From positions 8,625 through 44,578 of the forward strand of contig JBJCIZ010000780.1 of NCBI GenBank assembly GCA_051294375.1: a DNA stretch of 35,954 nucleotides. The letters are read 5' to 3'. A program made the position numbers and the translations under genes. The notes beneath the pieces were generated by a model. It saw only the letters and a program-made list of their open reading frames with translations. It did no database searches and was not told the DNA's origin. The first letter of the stretch is position 1; each line of letters begins with the position of its first letter. The stretch is from Paraspadella gotoi (Eukaryota > Animalia > Chaetognatha). Below are positions 1 to 10,940 of this stretch, piece after piece.

Positions 1-215
1 AAGTTTGAAAAAATTATGCGAGTCTGAAAAATGGATGCCTAGTTTAAAAAAAATGATGCGATTTAATAAAAATGATGCATACTAAAAAAATGATGCCAAG
101 TGGAAAATAATAGTACCAAAAATAAATTATTTGGTCTTTTTTGTCCACCCATCCTATTCTACTGTCATAGTATTTATTTAATTTATTTATTTATTTAGCT
201 GATTACCGCTTAATT
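1..215 (+). mobile_element. 3' part of HINE family 1 (DINE-1/Helentron-like), truncated
   Basis: AAAAAATGATGCAAGT-like short repeats followed by TTTATTTAGCTGATTAC..CTTAATT, the same order as at 15400-15755, which leads into the family-1 3' end. Confidence 0.55.
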
Positions 216-224
216 TAGCAACAT

Positions 225-1006
225 TCTTTCAACTTGCATCATTTTTTCAATATGCATAAATTTTTTAACTTGCATAATTTTTTCAAATTGCATAATTTTT
301 TTACTTAAATAATTAATTAATTAAAACATAAATAAATAAAGCATAAATAATAAAAATTAAAGTCAACTTAACTTTGTTTTTTTACATGCAAACTCATTTC
401 CACTCCTCGATTCCATGGAAACTTTATATCATGCTCAATCACACACTTTCCTACCCACACAGAAAATTTAATCTCAATCTATTCATCCAATTATAATTTA
501 TTCGATTAATTATGGGTTAAAATTATTAAAAAGATTCAAATAAAAGTTACTAATGTTTTTTCCATTTAAACTCATTTCCACTTGCACGATTCCATCTACA
601 CTTTATATCCAGCTTCATCATACATTTTCCTACCCACACACAAAATTTAATCTCAATCTATCCATCCAATTATGCTTAATTCGAGTAATTATGGGTTAAA
701 ATTAGTAAAAGGATTTTAGTTAATGTGACTTATGTTTTTTTATTTAAACGATTCCATCGAAAATTTATATCCAGCTCAATCACACACTTTCCTAACCACA
801 CACAAAATTTAATTCCAATCCGTCCATTCAATAATCCATTAATTAGAGTTTTTTGCTAAGGGGGGACGGACAGACAGACAGACAGACGGATGGACGGACA
901 TCGTTTTTTTTTGCTTAATTTATCATGTTCTGATGTGATAAAAATGATTTACCAACAAGATTTAGGGGTGAGACCGACGGACCGACAAAGTGAATTATAA
1001 AAAGTT
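225..1006 (-). mobile_element. HINE family 1 copy, 5' hairpin missing
   Basis: (GAC[AG])n microsatellite at ~865-900, GACCGACGGACCGACAAAGTGAATTATA at ~972-999, and ~180-bp internal repeats; colinear with 30060-31403. Confidence 0.7.
390..850. repeat. ~178-bp tandem repeat (about 2.6 units) internal to HINE family 1
   Basis: AACTCATTTCCACT...CACACTTTCCTACCCACAC...ATCCAATTAT recurs from ~390, ~569 and ~745; the same unit occurs at 30200-31100 and 35752-35843. Confidence 0.85.
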
Positions 1007-1436
1007 ACTGCGGCGTAAGCCTGCGAAATTGTCGTTTCTTGTTCATAGGTATTTAAATATTAAAACTTACCAATGCCATTTTGAAGATTGAGAACTTTGA
1101 GAATTGTTCAAAAACGAGAGCATTTTTAATTGAAAGAGCAGAATCAAAGCAAGTTCTGAACAGGAGAATTTGGATGAAGACTGCCCACCAGTTTCATCCC
1201 CTTTTATAGCAATGGAGATGAGACAATGGAAAGTTAATAAAAAGTCTCAATAAAATAATCTATTCAGGAAACAGGTAAAACAGGTAAAACAACACACGAG
1301 GCGAATCACATTGATGAATTATTATTTTATTGCCCCAAATACTTAGAATACGGAGATTAGTTCCTACTTTAAAACACTTAGAATACCTAGAATACTGAGG
1401 TTAGTTCCTACCCCGTGAGACAAATCCGATGATACG

Positions 1437-1600
1437 AAAGAAACCACTGCCGTACTTTACTGAGTATTAAGGCGGGCCAAAATTGACGAAGGTTTCGCCA
1501 CCACGGGGTTGACCCTAGTTGGTCACTATGTTGTAGGGTCGCGAGAGAAGCCGGTTACTGACCAGTCTCACTCTCTCTTTCTCTTTCTCTCTCTCTCTTT
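1437..1600 (+). mobile_element. SINE-like fragment with RTE-type (Bov-A-like) motifs and (CT)n tail
   Basis: AAACCACTGCCGTACT and GGGTCGCGAGAGAAGCCGGTTACTGAC resemble recalled RTE-derived motifs (AAACCACTCCAGTATT; GGGGTCGCAAAGAGTCGGACACGACTGA); followed directly by a CT microsatellite. Confidence 0.4.
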
Positions 1601-2133
1601 ACTTGGGCATTGGCTCTCTCTCTCTCTCGTCAGTCTCTTCTCACAACCTTTTATGATTAACGTCTCTCTCTGTTATGGATTATTGTTAATACATGTTATT
1701 ATGTACCACTACACACTTTTTATAACTTCGAGTTCTCTCAAATAAATTTCTTTTTTCCTTCTATTACTAAATTGATTTTCAATGCAACTTTTTGAATTAG
1801 TTCATTGGGTTGTTGCACTGAAACTTTTAAATATTTATTAATTTATAACAAATGACAAAATTTTTAAAAAAAATATTATTAAGAACGGATTCCTATAGAG
1901 CTTGAAAAGTTAAATAAAAGTTAGTACTACAATTTTTTAAAATTTTGACAATGAATTGGTAAAAAAAATCATCATTAGCTCAATTTTATAGTTTTTTAAA
2001 ATTTTTATAAATAAAATAAAAAAATTGTAAAAAGTTGTATTAATAACCTTTATCTAACATACTAACTTTTCAAGCTCTACAGAATCTATAAAAAAAATAT
2101 CCATGTAAAAAAAAATTAAAAAAAAAACATTTT

Positions 2134-2396
2134 GAGAGAGAACAGTAATATGGATAAGTGTTAATGACAGAACCACGTTCAGATATAAGCAGCTCGCCTG
2201 AGCTGATCAGGCTGTAACAAACACATGTTACAGGGCGGTTAAGCGCGGCCCCGATCCCTCCTAACCGCCGGAGACAGAACGAGACCTGGCGGCATACGAA
2301 ATCCCGGACACTTTGGGGTTTGGGAGGCGAATGACTTGCCTCCGCTGCACCAATGGCCGCTGATGAACGTTGTGGATTTAGTCCAGCCAATAACAT
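2134..2396 (-). mobile_element. tRNA-derived SINE-like repeat (tRNA-Gly(CCC)-like head), copy 1
   Basis: Minus strand reads GCGGCCATTGGTGCAGCGG (A-box-like), TTCGCCTCCCAA (Gly CCC anticodon-loop-like) and CCGGGATTTCGTATGCC (degenerate B box); aligns over ~250 bp with 10707-10940. Confidence 0.65.
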
Positions 2397-2398
2397 CC

Positions 2399-2811
2399 NN
2401 NNNNNNNNNNNNNNNNNNNNNNNNNNNNNNNNNNNNNNNNNNNNNNNNNNNNNNNNNNNNNNNNNNNNNNNNNNNNNNNNNNNNNNNNNNNNNNNNNNNN
2501 NNNNNNNNNNNNNNNNNNNNNNNNNNNNNNNNNNNNNNNNNNNNNNNNNNNNNNNNNNNNNNNNNNNNNNNNNNNNNNNNNNNNNNNNNNNNNNNNNNNN
2601 NNNNNNNNNNNNNNNNNNNNNNNNNNNNNNNNNNNNNNNNNNNNNNNNNNNNNNNNNNNNNNNNNNNNNNNNNNNNNNNNNNNNNNNNNNNNNNNNNNNN
2701 NNNNNNNNNNNNNNNNNNNNNNNNNNNNNNNNNNNNNNNNNNNNNNNNNNNNNNNNNNNNNNNNNNNNNNNNNNNNNNNNNNNNNNNNNNNNNNNNNNNN
2801 NNNNNNNNNNN
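2399..2811. other. Assembly gap (N run); smaller gaps near 6148, 9298 and 11056
   Basis: Ns in the sequence. Confidence 1.
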
Positions 2812-3480
2812 CCATAATTTTAAACTTTATATAATAATAAACTTTAAATACTTCCGTGCGCTTATTAATAAGCTAAATTTTAAGAATTATTTTCATTTTC
2901 ATATTGATATTTTATATTTTATATATTATTATTATATTATTTTTATATTTTATATTTTTATATTGATGATATAATAGTCACTTAACCATTATTTATTTGA
3001 GAGAACTTCTAGTTTACAACCTGTTCCGGCCTACTGAGTATAGACTCATTAAGATTTTTTAAAATTATAAACAAATTCTTGATGTTTTTACTATGAAAAT
3101 TTTATTTTAAACAATTATCATTAACCACATTAAAACGATTTTCTTACAAAGAAGCAAAAATCGCCAAATTGTCATCAAATCATATTTGTAAAAATTGAGT
3201 ACAATGAACAATTTTGAATTAGGTTTTTAGTCCCTGGTACATATAAATTGCTACCTTTGTGCCCACTATTAAGTGTATAAACCTTTTTGTGCCTGGGAGA
3301 GTGATACCCAGCCTTTATTCCAACAATTGTAGCTGGCTGATTAAGTAATTATCAAGACTGCTTTTTTTTTGTGCCAAATGGATTATTGGCAAGATGTAGA
3401 TGGGTATCTATTATCCACTGTCTATAATTAGCTTGTCCTCCCTTGAAATGGAGAAGAGAGGACTGATAAGATAAGTTAGG

Positions 3481-3587
3481 AAAACTTAGAAAGGTTACAA
3501 AATAAAAACTTAGAAAGTGACAAAATAAAAACTTAGAAAGGTTACAAAATAAAAACTTAGAAAGGTTACAAAATAAAAACTTAGAAA
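3481..3587. repeat. 24-bp minisatellite AAAACTTAGAAAGGTTACAAAATA, about 4.5 units
   Basis: Directly visible tandem units. Confidence 0.95.
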
Positions 3588-3852
3588 TTTGGTAAACCCG
3601 TCAGACTACTTTTACCGTCCCTTTTCTTCAGCTTTTAAGTTTCGCAGAATCTTAGGAAGAATGATATCTCTGGATTACAATCTTTTGTACTTCCGAACTA
3701 TTCTAACTTTCTCCAAACACTCTCCGATGGACAAATTTGATTTCTCTTGAGTTAGTAATATTTTAATCTTCTAAAAATAAAAGATGCAAAAAAGACGCTC
3801 AACATCAAGTGACAATAAAATGGCGGAGCGTCTTCGATCGTCTTCTGTACCC

Positions 3853-4002
3853 TTCTTCGAGGTTTTGGGAGTTGACGACGCTGTTATCCAGAAAACATTG
3901 CATCATTTCCGTGATCAACGTGACACCATGAAGGTGAGCCATCGCAGAGGATTTTGGCTTCCGAATCCCGGAAAAAAGTCTCTGAGGGTCGATTAGGTTC
4001 CT
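3853..4002 (+). pseudogene. Decayed coding fragment, copy A (FEVLGVDDAVIQKTLHHFRDQRDTMK...)
   Basis: Aligns with 5311-5491; lacks 33 nt between GAAGG microhomologies; coding-like codon usage. Confidence 0.5.
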
Positions 4003-4122
4003 TAATTAAATTTAGGTTGGGAAGGCTAATTTTTATACTATAGCAAAATAGTAAAAAGACGAGATTTTAAGTCAAAATTCTGAGTTGAATTTATTAAGGG
4101 GAAATATCGACGGTGAAACTCA

Positions 4123-4348
4123 CGCAGGAGTATGAAAGCAAAGAATTCTATCTACAAGAGAACAATCGTTTTTCAAGCCAGAGAAAGGGATCCAAGACGC
4201 AAGATACAAGATGCAAATGGAACCATTGTTTCCATCTTCTTGAAAGCTGATTGATTCCAACCAATCACGTGTCGACGATTCTATCAAGCGAGAAAGAGAG
4301 TTTTTGCCTCTTGAATCTTTTTGCTTTCACGATCTTGTTAGTCCTGCG
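4123..4348. mobile_element. Degenerate MITE-like element with imperfect terminal inverted repeats
   Basis: Left end CGCAGGAGTATGAAAGCAAAGAATTC versus reverse complement of right end CGCAGGACTA..GTGAAAGCAAAAAGATTC. Confidence 0.5.
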
Positions 4349-5290
4349 ATGATAGTATTTGTAAATAAATTCTATTCATATTTGCAAGGGCTTTCAGATG
4401 ATAATAATATTGATACTATTTTATTCTAATTTTTTTAAAAAAGCTTACTGAAAGTCGGAGAAAAAAATTAAATATAAAAAGAGTGAGATTAAAAATGAGA
4501 GATGGTTTTCAAATATATCTTCTTGCTAACATTACTAAGGCATATAAAAATCGATTCATCTATAATTTGCACATATAAAGTTTTAGTTTTTACTTTTAAA
4601 TTAGTATTTAACATTGAAAAAAGTTTTACAAGTTTGCAAATGGCAGCGTTTTTCTCGCGGGGGTTTTAGAATTGTCACCATGTACACATTGTACAGTCAT
4701 GTGCAATAAAATTGTGCCATTTTATTTAAGATTTAAAAAATTACCCTATATACTTAAATTTTAACAAAAAATTTTAAAATAAATTAAAGTTTATTAAAAT
4801 ATGATAAGTTTGGCATGAATTTTATTAAAATTGGGCCATACGTTTAGGAGCAGGGATTTTTCAAAATGAAGTACTTTACCACAAAGCTGAATGTAAAAAA
4901 AATATGATAAATTTAAAACTAATCTTTTTTCTTCTAATATTTTGCATTCCTCGTAATAGAAAATAGAAATTAAACTGATTATCCGGAAGGATAGATAAAT
5001 AATAATCTTAAGGTTATTGAAACTTACGATATAAGACAAGTCCATGATTCTGAAGCTTTTAGATAAAAGTCGTTTTTCTCATTTGGTTTTGGAACACTCA
5101 AATTTAAAAAATAATATATCCTAAACCACTTGACCTTTTGTAATAAAATTTAGACATATTAATTCTTTTTTTTTTAATTTTTTTTTATATAATTTTTAAA
5201 AAATGTCTTTATGGAGCAACTGGAATTTAAAGTTATTAAGTGGAGCGTTTTTTTTTGCACATGAGTGTAGATATGTCTCTTCCCACCCAG

Positions 5291-5491
5291 TTAGAGGGGA
5301 ACACTTTCATCTCCTTTGAGGTTTTGGGAATCGACGACGCCGTCATCGAGAAAATGTTGCAACATTTCCATGATCAACGTGACGCCATGAAGGAGATGCA
5401 GAACCTGGTCGGGCACAGGGCGAAGGTGAGCCATTGCAGAGGATTCCAGCTTCTGGATCCTAGAAAAAAGTCACTGATTGATTAGGTTCCT
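5291..5491 (+). pseudogene. Decayed coding fragment, copy B (LEGNTFISFEVLGIDDAVIEKMLQHFHDQRDAMKEMQNLVGHRAK); weak death-domain-like helical pattern
   Basis: Pyrimidine tract plus CAG acceptor before 5291, AAG|GTGAGC donor-like site at ~5425, GC3-rich codons; the domain resemblance is by eye only. Confidence 0.45.
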
Positions 5492-5553
5492 GAGACAGGG
5501 TTTTTCGTGGCATCACACGGAATTTAATTGTCTCCATTTAATTCTATGTACAG

Positions 5554-5556
<3 letters not shown>

Positions 5557-5585
<29 letters not shown>
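5557..5585. repeat. (AAT)n microsatellite
   Basis: Directly visible. Confidence 0.95.
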
Positions 5586-5586
<1 letters not shown>

Positions 5587-5605
5587 GATCATTTTGTAAA
5601 TTTAG

Positions 5606-5916
5606 TTAGAGACGAACTACGCGATGCAAATGGGTGACATGGCAAAAAAGTTTGGGCTTCATTCATACTATGCTCACACTCTGGCCAGGGTTGCCACCGA
5701 AATTTCAAACACCCACTTGAATATCGCTGATCTGGTTTGTATTAGAGAGAGAATGTAGGACGGCCTTCCTGTAGGGATGCGCATCCTTCTATACGAGGTT
5801 CTGATCAAGATTTCTTTAAATTTTGCTTTTATCCAAAATGGTATAGTCAAGGCCAAAACAAATTATACAAATATGGGCAGAATTCGAAAGCTTGGCGTAT
5901 TGGGAAGCTAATGGAG
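5606..5916 (+). pseudogene. Exon-like segment of an unknown protein with internal stop/frameshift
   Basis: TTTAG acceptor and GAG|GTAAAG donor; reads LETNYAMQMGDMAKKFGLHSYYAHTLARVATEISNTHLNIADLVCIRERM*DGLPVGMRILLYEVLIK; GC elevated over flanks. Confidence 0.35.
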
Positions 5917-6304
5917 GTAAAGCGCGATCAAAATTGTTATTTTTTATGACCAAAGATAGTATCTAGATTGACTGGTCAGGCCGTTTTCCCTTTTTCCCAA
6001 AAAACCTGCTGGTTTTTTAAAAGAAATGGACAAACTATAAGAATCAGTACGGTTTTGAATGCATGATAAAGCATTACTTTTTTGGGTGAAGTTTTATAGT
6101 CGAGTCTTCATTTTTTTGTTCTAAAACCATCAAAAGAAACTGTTGTGNNNNNNNNNNATTTCATTAGTTAGAAAATTCCCTGACGTTTATATTCCTATAA
6201 AGCAAATTGATAATACTTCACATTTTAGTAACTGGTGCGCTTGCCTTTTAGCAGCTTTTTTTGCAATATTTTTACCCTCTTATTTGATAATTCAATTAGA
6301 ATAA

Positions 6305-6966
6305 AAAAATATCTTAAAAGTATAAGGATCTCGATAGACCTTACTATCAAAGAAAATTACTATAATCTAATTTGCATATTGCAGTAAATCATAATGAAGT
6401 GGAAATTCAAACAAAAAATACTTGAATCGATATGAAACAAAGAAAATGAACACACATTTCAACTTTCTCACTGCCTCACTAATGGAACTTGATAACTAGA
6501 TGCATTGTTTGGTAGTTAAACCATAAACCGGAAAAAAATAGATAGAAATTGTATTTTATTTTTGAAATGATTTGATAATAAGCGTTCACTGATGTGAAGA
6601 TAATCATTCATTGATGCGATGATAACCATAGTAATTGATTGATTGATTGATTGACATAACAGTAATTGATTGATTGATGTAATAGAAATTGATTGATTGA
6701 TGTAATAGTAATTGATTGATTGATGTAATAGTAATTGATTGATGTAATAGTAATTTATTGATGCGATAATAACCAAATGTTGATGCGATGATAGTGAGGC
6801 AGTGAGGAAGTTGAAATGTGTGTCCATTTTCTTTGTTTCATATCGATTCAAGTATTTTTTGGATGAATTTCCACTTCATTATGATTTACTGCACTATGCA
6901 AATTGGATTATAGTACTTTTTCATTAATACTATTCATTGGCGAGATCCTTATTCTTTAAGATTTTT
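6305..6966. repeat. Foldback: ~175-bp inverted arms (6305-6481 / 6792-6966) around ATCAATC-rich tandem repeats
   Basis: Arms are reverse complements, differing mostly by substitutions; each ends outward in a GATCCTTA..TTTAAGAT-T-run motif like the HINE family-2 3' end. Confidence 0.85.
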
Positions 6967-7740
6967 AGTCGGATCTGCTTATCAGCAGATCCCGAAGAGA
7001 CAAGATGTTGCAATTAGCAAAATAAAATACGGAATGCGATGCATAATTTTACGAGTTCAATCACTAATCTTCCGTATGGAATCGTTTGAGTGGAAATGAG
7101 TTTTAAATGGAAAAAAACAAAAAAACCTGTTTCACTAATTGATTATGCTTCTTTTGCTTTATTATTAAAGAGTATATGCAGGATGTATTAATAAATCAAT
7201 AAACTAATAATAAATAGCGTTCAACAAAACCATCCACCTTAGCCAAAAAGCTCCAAAGAACTCGTGATTGGCTGCTTGAATTAGGAATGAAAGTGTGTGG
7301 GTAGAAAAATATCTTGAAATATAAGTACGAGTAGAAGTGAGGTTAAATGAAAAATAATTAACTTATAAACAATAACTCTCAAGATAGATGAAATTTTGTG
7401 AGCCCTTAGAAAAGTGTGCAAAAAAAGAAAAAAATTTAACAGAATGTGGCAAGTGGAAATGAGAAAGTAAAAATATATGTCAATATAAAAATGTAAAAAA
7501 TAATGGAAAAAATGTAAATATAAAAAAATTAAGCAAGTGGAAAAATTAATGCCATAATTTTTAAAAAAAGATGGGCAAGTTGGAAAAATGATGCAATGAA
7601 AAAAAAATAAAAATAAAGATGCAAGTGAAAAAATATGCAAGAAAAAATAAAGTCCTCATCTACTAAAAAAAAAAAATAAAAAATAGATCGTAGAGAAAGA
7701 GGGAAGAATAAATAAAAGTAGAGATATTTATGAAAAAGTA
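6962..7740 (+). mobile_element. HINE family 1 copy (5' hairpin plus rearranged body)
   Basis: TTTTTAGTCGGATCTGCT-TATC-AGCAGATCCCGA hairpin; 7080-7200 matches 9481-9598; degenerate 180-bp units and ATGATGCAAGT repeats follow. Confidence 0.7.
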
Positions 7741-7758
7741 AACTCAAAAAAAATAAAC

Positions 7759-9233
7759 CTGATTATTATTATTAGTAGAGAAGTTAAATAAAATCGCCGG
7801 TCCGATATCTTCTAAAAATTCCAATGCCCGCGGAAGAAATATTTTTGCTCCCTCTTGTTCAAACGCCTGGTCGAAAACGTTACCTTATTGAAGGTATTTT
7901 TAGAATTGTTTACTTTACAAATGTAAACCAAATTTTTCTCTCTCTCGCCATATAAAAAATTGAATGCCACTTGTACAATTAGCCAATTCGAAAATTCCAG
8001 TTCGCTTTCTGATCTTCAATAAATCGACTTCATCTCATTTTTGTTCGCCATTTTTAATCTCGACCACCTTCCACTTTGATGGCAGCGGTGAGTCCCACCT
8101 CGAATTGGTGGTATACAGCTACAAAGAGAATGGCAAAAGATGAAATCTTTGTGCATTGAGAAACGTCATCGCAAAAACGACATAAAATGGTAGTTGTTTT
8201 TTTTGTGTCACTGAGTGGATATGGCGAAATTTGGGACTAACGTTTCTCCTGCCTACGTTAAAGTCTGCCAACTTGAAACACATTAATTTTTTGCGGTGAA
8301 CGTTCGTCATCAAACGGGCACTGGGAGCACGGTCAAGCGTCACGTTTCTATGGGCAAGTTGACGCCGAAAAGACCATCGTGCGATCGGCGATAGATTGGG
8401 AGATGTTTGAGACCATGTGGAACATTGTTTGCATTTGCGGCAACATGCCACCATAGTCACTGTACTGTACTGAGAAATAGCCCTGGTTATGCCTCCCTTA
8501 CGCCACAGAGGATCTTGCGTCACGATGCTACGTTCAATACACTCTTTTTCAAAGTCTTAAATGTGTGCTCATTCCGTTTTGTGCTGTTTCACTGTTTCAT
8601 GAGTGCTACTCAACTTTCATCACAAACTTGATGTCTTTCGATTGATTCCATAAATCAGAACTCGCAATTTTATGTTTCATAGTGATCTACAACCACACAT
8701 ATGAATAAAGTATTCAAATATTTTAAATTTCAATGTGTGATTCCAATCTACTATATCTTTTTTCAGGGTGCTTATCATTATATAATAAGTACATCTTATA
8801 GCTGGACTGCAAAAAGAAGTTTACTGTGATTGCTACTTTTATTTTAGAAAGTGAGGCCGTTTTTAATTTATTTATTTCGCCGTACTTTGATACTTATTAT
8901 TTGCTTTCTTGTTTGGTGCTCGTTGGCGGACGTGGAGATCTGATTATTATTATTAGTAAGAAAGTAAATAAAATCCCGGCGCAATCTTTAAAAATTCCAA
9001 TGCCCGCTAAGAAATATTTTTGCTCCCTCTGTTCAAACCGCGGTCGCAAAACGTTACTATTTGGAAGTATTTTTAGAATTGTTTACTTTACAAATGTAAA
9101 CCAAATTCCTCTCTCGCCATATAAAAATGAATGCCACTTGTACAATTAGCCAATTCGATTCCATTCGCTTTTCTGATTTCAATAAATCGATTCATCTCAT
9201 TTTGTTCGCCATTTTATCTCGACCACCTCCACT
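7759..9233 (+). repeat. ~300-bp direct duplication (7759-8075 and 8940-9233)
   Basis: Colinear from CTGATTATTATTATTAGTA to CTCGACCACC(T)TCCACT; differences are largely small indels. Confidence 0.9.
8125..8520 (-). pseudogene. Possible piggyBac-like transposase C-terminal remnant
   Basis: Minus frames give FRRQLA and a frameshifted Cys-rich end (KTTTILCRFCDDVSQCT / DFIFCH), resembling the piggyBac terminal Cys/His domain; heavily disrupted. Confidence 0.3.
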
Positions 9234-9322
9234 ATATTAATAACGTCCTGACCCAATTTTAAGACATCCCCGATGATGATTAGTATTAATTTAAAATNNN
9301 NNNNNNNNNNNNNNNNNNNNNN

Positions 9323-9773
9323 ACTCTATAATTCACTTTGTCTGGTACCGTCGGCTCCGCCCCCTCAATATTGTCGTGGCACTAAGCTTGATATCATTGT
9401 CAGAACATCGACCATTATGATAAATTATGCAAAAAAGATTGTATGTCCTTCGTCCGTCTGTCTGTCTGTCTGCTCCGTCCAATCGTTTGAGTGGAAATGA
9501 GTTTAAATGGAAAAAAAACAAAAACCTGTTTCACTAATTGATTATGCTTCTTTTTCTTTTATATTAAATGTATATGCAGGATGTATTAATAAATCAAATA
9601 ATTAATCAGTTAATTAATCAATTAGTCAATTAAGTTAATCAATAATTCAGTTAATCAGCTAGATATATAATTATTAAATATTAAAATTAATTAATTAATT
9701 AATTAAACTATTATTAATTAATTAATTAATTAATTATCGTAGGCAGATCCGACATTGTTTGCTCAAACTTGTT
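9323..9773 (+). mobile_element. HINE family 1, short near-complete copy (5' hairpin falls in the gap)
   Basis: ACTCTATAATTCACTTTGTC start, (GTCT/GTCC)n, (TAAT)n, 3' subterminal repeat GGCAGATCCGAC plus degenerate stem-loop and TGTTT. Confidence 0.8.
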
Positions 9774-10320
9774 TATTATAGAGATGAATGGGAAATTTAG
9801 AAAATACAATTTTACAAATGGGATTTCTTCAAGTTCCTGTTACATGAGAGACTTCAAATTTACCCATTCATTTTTAGTTCGATTTGCATCACAAAATTAT
9901 TATTTAAAAGAAAATGAATGAAAGAACATTAAAAGAAAAAAATGTCCACCAGATTTATAATTTTGTAAGTGGCAATCAGAATTGGGGGAAATAATAAAAG
10001 GCAAACATGTTGAAAAAGAAAGGGGAAATTGTGATACTTTTTTAAAATTTTTTAAGGTCCAATTAAAATGATACTTAGGATATACAAAATTGACATCATT
10101 CCACATCTTCAGAAATAAGAACATATGAAAACTACAAATGGATTCTCTTTTCAGAACTTCAGAAGTTTTCCTTGAACAGCGACTTTCAAATTTTTTTTGC
10201 CTTGCACCTTTTAAAGTTTACCGGTTATCAAATTCGGAATTATTTGAGAGCTATTTGAGTAACAGTGTTCTATATTGTTTATTTATAATAATTATAATGA
10301 TTCTTAACCAAAATATTTCA

Positions 10321-10549
10321 TTCGATGAAATCATACACACCCCTGTCTTGCCTCAAAAGCTCAAACAATACAGCGAAGACGTGGGTCAGGCCGCTACGGA
10401 TTTAAAATATTGTATCAAGGAACATGAGCGCTCTCTGTGGGATGCGGCCACGGAGGTGGCAACGGCGATGAAACGCGTCAAGGATGCAGAAAATATAGTG
10501 GCGACAAAACAGAAGGATTTGGATGAGCTCATGGACAAGGTGGCAGAGG
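10321..10549 (+). CDS. Internal exon of a BAR-domain (SNX-BAR-like) coiled-coil protein
   Basis: GC-rich open frame FDEIIHTPVLPQKLKQYSEDVGQAATDLKYCIKEHERSLWDAATEVATAMKRVKDAENIVATKQKDLDELMDKVAE; strong phase-1 donor G|GTGAGT at 10550; acceptor unclear (TTTCA lacking G, possible base error). Confidence 0.7.
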
Positions 10550-10706
10550 GTGAGTGGTAAATGACAGGGCGATGTGATGTTTGTCAAATTCCCTGAGCTG
10601 ATGCATGTGCAATAGAGCGTTGAAAAAAAAAAATATGACAAATCTTGTAAGGTACATAGCTATTCTAGTCTGTAGAATTCGATGGTGATAACCGTTTTTT
10701 TCTATG

Positions 10707-10940
10707 TGTTATGGTTAACTAAAATCCACCAACCGTTCATCAGCGGCCATTGGTGCCGCAGGCAAGTCATTCGCCTCCCAACCCAAAGGTCCGGGGTTCT
10801 AGCCAGGTGGTCGCTCAGCAGTTAAGAGGGACGGGATGCTTAACCCGCCTGTAACACGGTGTTACATCCTGATCCAATGCTCAGGGACTGCTTATATTGA
10901 ACGGTTCTGTCACTAACATATAACAATAAATACTGTCTCT
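10707..10940 (+). mobile_element. tRNA-derived SINE-like repeat, copy 2
   Basis: GCGGCCATTGGTGCCGCAGGCAAGTCATTCGCCTCCCAACCCAAAGGTCCGGGGTTCTAGCC head from 10743; aligns with the reverse complement of 2134-2396. Confidence 0.65.

Noticed and set aside
1070-1200. Possible minus-strand first exon with a signal-peptide-like start and GTAAGT donor
   Set aside because: Needs a frameshift to reach an ATG, and no partner exon is visible; insufficient support
2360-2380. Other CTGATGA/CTGAAGA motifs (also ~13965, ~25653, ~33542) as hammerheads
   Set aside because: No stem II, GAAA and UH arrangement follows
2336-2974. Long ORFs in the track
   Set aside because: They run through the N gap
10743-10810. 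Functional tRNA-Gly gene
   Set aside because: Acceptor and anticodon stems do not pair well, and homology continues into a SINE-like body
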